From an uncultured archaeon (lineage in GTDB: Archaea; Asgardarchaeota; Lokiarchaeia; Sigyniarchaeales; SOKP01), in assembly GCA_964632315.1 (NCBI GenBank), contig CAZWEM010000009.1, forward strand, positions 49,081 to 113,080: DNA of 64,000 bases. The letters are read 5' to 3'. How positions within the stretch are numbered: the first letter of the stretch is position 1; every line of letters begins with the position of its first letter. The position numbers and the translations under genes are program-made. The notes beneath the pieces are model-generated. The model saw only the letters and a list, made by a program, of their open reading frames with translations, did not search any database and was not told the DNA's origin. This document shows, one piece after another, positions 61,054 to 64,000 of the stretch.

Positions 61054-63153
61054 CTATCCCCCACTCAATGGTACTAATTTAGAGGCAGGATTAAACTCTT
61101 TTTTACTTTGAGATATTAAATATTCATTTTCCAAGATATCTGAAACACCTTTGGTATTAGCTAAATCTGACAGTGTAAAATCCAAATCTAAAAGCTTTAA
61201 AGTTTCTTTTTTCGGAAGCCCATTTTTCTCATATCCCATTGCTTCATAGTAATCTTGAGCAATAAGTTCTACATCATAAGATTTACCTTTTAATGGGCCT
61301 TTAGTTAAAGGTGGAGAACCAATTGCCCGTTGGGCGATATAATGGTGTATTGCTTTCTCACGAGCGTTAAACATTTGACGAAGTGTCTGAATTCTATGCC
61401 CAGTTTCCAATAATTCATCAATATTAACATCCCATCCGGTTATAGCATGAATCACTTCTAAATAAGGATATGCTCCCATGTTGAGAGGAAGAATGCACAT
61501 GCCATTGGCTTCTATTGTTTGTTTGAATTTAGCATTTTTTGCCTGTAAAATCCCCAAATCATTTTCATCTTTTATCTCGAATGTACCTAATTCTTCCAGA
61601 AAGTGCTTCGCACCCATTTTATCCATGTTAAGTGTAGCTGCTGTATGTCGTCCGGGTGTAGGATCAGCAATGTAGGTTACTCCTAACATGGGATCTGCTC
61701 TTGCATCATGCATGGGAATTTCTTGTCCATTTGCGTGCATGGCATAATCTTTTGAACCAGGAATTTTTTCAGAAGCAACTTTCGTGCCATCAGCCAAAGT
61801 ATCACCAATCCCCTCACGGTTTACCATCATTTCCAATAATTGAAGTAAGTATGTATTATCCCCCCATTTGGGTAAAAATCCTTTCGGATATGATGTACAT
61901 TTGAAGTCTGTTTCGGTTAATAATCCTTGTTCACAACATTCATACACAAAACCAATAATAACTCCGGCAGAAATTGAATCCATGCCTGCACGATTTAATA
62001 ACTCATTTGCTTTGATAAGTAAATCTAAATCATCATTTAAGATTAAGCATCCTAGTGAGGCGCAAGTTTCATATTCTGGTCTATGAGTCTCTTTCTCAGC
62101 ATATGGTAAGGCTTCGTATTCTAAAATTGCTCCACATCGAGCTGGACATGAAAAGCAACCATATTGTGTTTTGATGAATTTTCTAATTCTTTTACCGCTA
62201 ATCTTGTTTGCGGATTTCATCGGAAAATCTTTATAGCCTACTCCCATAAAATTCTTTACAGGAGAATCTCCCATTTGAGAAGATATCACATTCGCTGAAG
62301 TGGTTCCTAATTGAGTGGTCGAAAACATTTGGATAATTATCTTTGGCATTGAAGGAGAATCAAACGCATCGGCTCCCAATTTAAATATTCGCATTAATGG
62401 TGCGAATGTTCCCATATTTGCTATAACTCTGGTCATAAGCCCTTTTTTTGCCATTTCATTAAACTTGGAAAGGTACAGTTTAATATGATTCATTAACCCA
62501 TCTTTGTCATGTAATTCAAGCTTTCCACTTTCTTTATCTCTACGTATACATACAGCCTTTAGCTTTTTAGATCCCATAACTGCCCCAAGACCACTTCGAG
62601 CAGCAATTCTTCCCGAATCATTAATTACACCTGAAATTAAAGAGAGATTTTCACCCGCGGGACCAATACAAGCTACTTTAACTCTGGGACCATGTATCTT
62701 TTCAATTACTTTTTCCGTTTCTATACCATCCTTTCCCCCTAGCTCAGAAGCGTCTAGTAATTGAATTTCTTTTCCATCAATAAACAAATAGGTTGGTTTT
62801 TCTGCTTTTCCTTCAAAAAAAATAGCATCAAGGCCGACTTTTTTAATTTCTGGACCAAATGTCCCTCCAGAATTGGCGTTACCCCATCCTCCTGTTAGAG
62901 GACTTTTTCCACATACCATATAGCGTCCTGAGAAGGGGGTTGCAGTTCCAGTAAATAATCCAGGGCATATGCCCAATATATTTTCTGGTCCCAAAGGATC
63001 AACACCGGGTTTTAGATGAGTATAGATGTAATATACTCCTAATCCATATCCCCCATAATATTGACGATAAATCTTATCTGGGAGCGTCTCAATTTGCCAA
63101 CTTGAATCAGATAAATTGACTACTAAAATTTTTCCATAATAACCGAGTGGCAT
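61054..63153 (-). CDS. aor: Aldehyde:ferredoxin oxidoreductase family protein
   Basis: GYYGKILVVNL, YYGGYG, KSPLTG, GLGAVMGSKKLKAV, CFSCPARC, PEYET, GMDSIS, EIPMHD. ATG 63153 or GTG 63162. Confidence 0.92.
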   Translation of the reverse strand: MPLGYYGKILVVNLSDSSWQIETLPDKIYRQYYGGYGLGVYYIYTHLKPGVDPLGPENILGICPGLFTGTATPFSGRYMVCGKSPLTGGWGNANSGGTFGPEIKKVGLDAIFFEGKAEKPTYLFIDGKEIQLLDASELGGKDGIETEKVIEKIHGPRVKVACIGPAGENLSLISGVINDSGRIAARSGLGAVMGSKKLKAVCIRRDKESGKLELHDKDGLMNHIKLYLSKFNEMAKKGLMTRVIANMGTFAPLMRIFKLGADAFDSPSMPKIIIQMFSTTQLGTTSANVISSQMGDSPVKNFMGVGYKDFPMKSANKISGKRIRKFIKTQYGCFSCPARCGAILEYEALPYAEKETHRPEYETCASLGCLILNDDLDLLIKANELLNRAGMDSISAGVIIGFVYECCEQGLLTETDFKCTSYPKGFLPKWGDNTYLLQLLEMMVNREGIGDTLADGTKVASEKIPGSKDYAMHANGQEIPMHDARADPMLGVTYIADPTPGRHTAATLNMDKMGAKHFLEELGTFEIKDENDLGILQAKNAKFKQTIEANGMCILPLNMGAYPYLEVIHAITGWDVNIDELLETGHRIQTLRQMFNAREKAIHHYIAQRAIGSPPLTKGPLKGKSYDVELIAQDYYEAMGYEKNGLPKKETLKLLDLDFTLSDLANTKGVSDILENEYLISQSKKEFNPASKLVPLSGG

Positions 63154-63378
63154 AATTTTCACACAATTGATACTAAGAATTTATACTAGTATGATTGGAA
63201 TTTATGATCTGTTTATTTTATTCTCTTATTAAGTTTATTTCTTTAATTTTTTCAATGTTATCAATCGTGGAACGCGTGCTTAGACCATTCAATGCACTAT
63301 TTTGGATCCCAATTTATTAAGGTATATTTACATTGTTATTTATAAATGATATCAAAAGAGGTAATAGAGTGACTAAAA

Positions 63379-64000
63379 ATGGAAAAAAAATTAATAATTA
63401 CCGCAGGGATTTGCGGTGCCGAGGTCACTAAAGAACAAAATCCCTCAATTCCTTATACTATAGAGGAAATCGGAAGGGAAGCAAGATTAGCCTACGAAGC
63501 TGGTGCTAGTATAATTCATCTACATGTTAGGGACGATGATGGAACTCCTACTCAATCTAAATCAAGATTTAAGGAATGCATAGCAGAAATCCAAAAGACT
63601 TGTCCTGACATTATCATTCAACCTTCTACTGGCGGTGCAGTGGGAATGACAAATGAACAAAGGTTACAACCGATTTACCTCGATCCTCCTCCTCTCATGG
63701 CATCGTTAGATTGTGGAACTATGAATTTTGGAGGAGATGAGATATTCATTAATACTGAGACGACAATAATTCATTTTGTCAATGAGATGATCAAAAGAAA
63801 TATTAAACCTGAACTAGAATGCTTTGATAAGGGAATGGTTGATATGGCCTTGAAACTTCATTCAAAAGGAATAATTCATGATCCAATGCATTTTAACTTG
63901 GTATTTGGAGTTAGTGGGGGTATAAGCGCTACTCCTCGAGATGTCAACTTTTTAATTGAAAGCCTTCCAAGCAACTCAACATATACTGTGACTGGTATAG
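63379..64000 (+). CDS. kce: 3-keto-5-aminohexanoate cleavage enzyme (BKACE/DUF849), truncated by the window end
   Basis: Manual translation: MEKKLIITAGICGAEVTKEQNPSIPYTIEEI...AGASIIHLHVRDDDGTPTQ...IIQPSTGGAVGM...MASLDCGTMNFGGDEIF..KPELECFDKG. Confidence 0.88.
   Translation, partial: MEKKLIITAGICGAEVTKEQNPSIPYTIEEIGREARLAYEAGASIIHLHVRDDDGTPTQSKSRFKECIAEIQKTCPDIIIQPSTGGAVGMTNEQRLQPIYLDPPPLMASLDCGTMNFGGDEIFINTETTIIHFVNEMIKRNIKPELECFDKGMVDMALKLHSKGIIHDPMHFNLVFGVSGGISATPRDVNFLIESLPSNSTYTVTGI

Noticed and set aside
836-62764. Numerous 60-120 aa ORFs nested in or antisense to long genes (e.g. 836-1021, 14564-14920, 41497-41787, 62504-62764)
   Set aside because: They overlap well-supported CDSs and have no recognisable motifs. 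Treated as shadow ORFs.

Overview
AT-rich, gene-dense chromosomal window from an anaerobic archaeon, most likely Asgard/Lokiarchaeia. This assignment is inferred from gene content, the large single-TM surface proteins and a eukaryote-type SECIS. The window encodes three tungsten-family aldehyde:ferredoxin oxidoreductases, an Fe-ADH, several SDRs, a GH38/sugar-isomerase/MFS set, two toxin-antitoxin pairs, a RapA-like SNF2 ATPase, and the lysine-fermentation genes kat and kce. Highlights: (1) A selenoprotein missed by the ORF track: a peroxiredoxin-like gene (39362-39886) with an in-frame TGA in a UxxC motif, followed by a eukaryote-like AUGA/GA SECIS hairpin whose core contains the gene's own stop codon. 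(2) An unusual redox cluster (2438-8920): an HdrC/HdrD-like protein with a whole GltD/NfnB-like module inserted inside its first CCG domain, NfnA, and an FrhB(F420)-NfnB fusion; this is a candidate F420/NADP/ferredoxin/heterodisulfide electron-bifurcating system. (3) Two tandem paralogous giant receptor-like membrane proteins with different numbers of 107-aa repeats and a conserved longin-like cytoplasmic tail. (4) An FG-GAP-type propeller fused to about seven TM helices. (5) An unannotated 58-aa, 10-Cys tandem desulforedoxin-like protein. (6) An 11-bp inverted-repeat operator bracketing the TATA box of a PIN/RHH TA operon. No rRNA, tRNA, CRISPR array or transposase was recognised. All family assignments come from motif recognition, not database searches.
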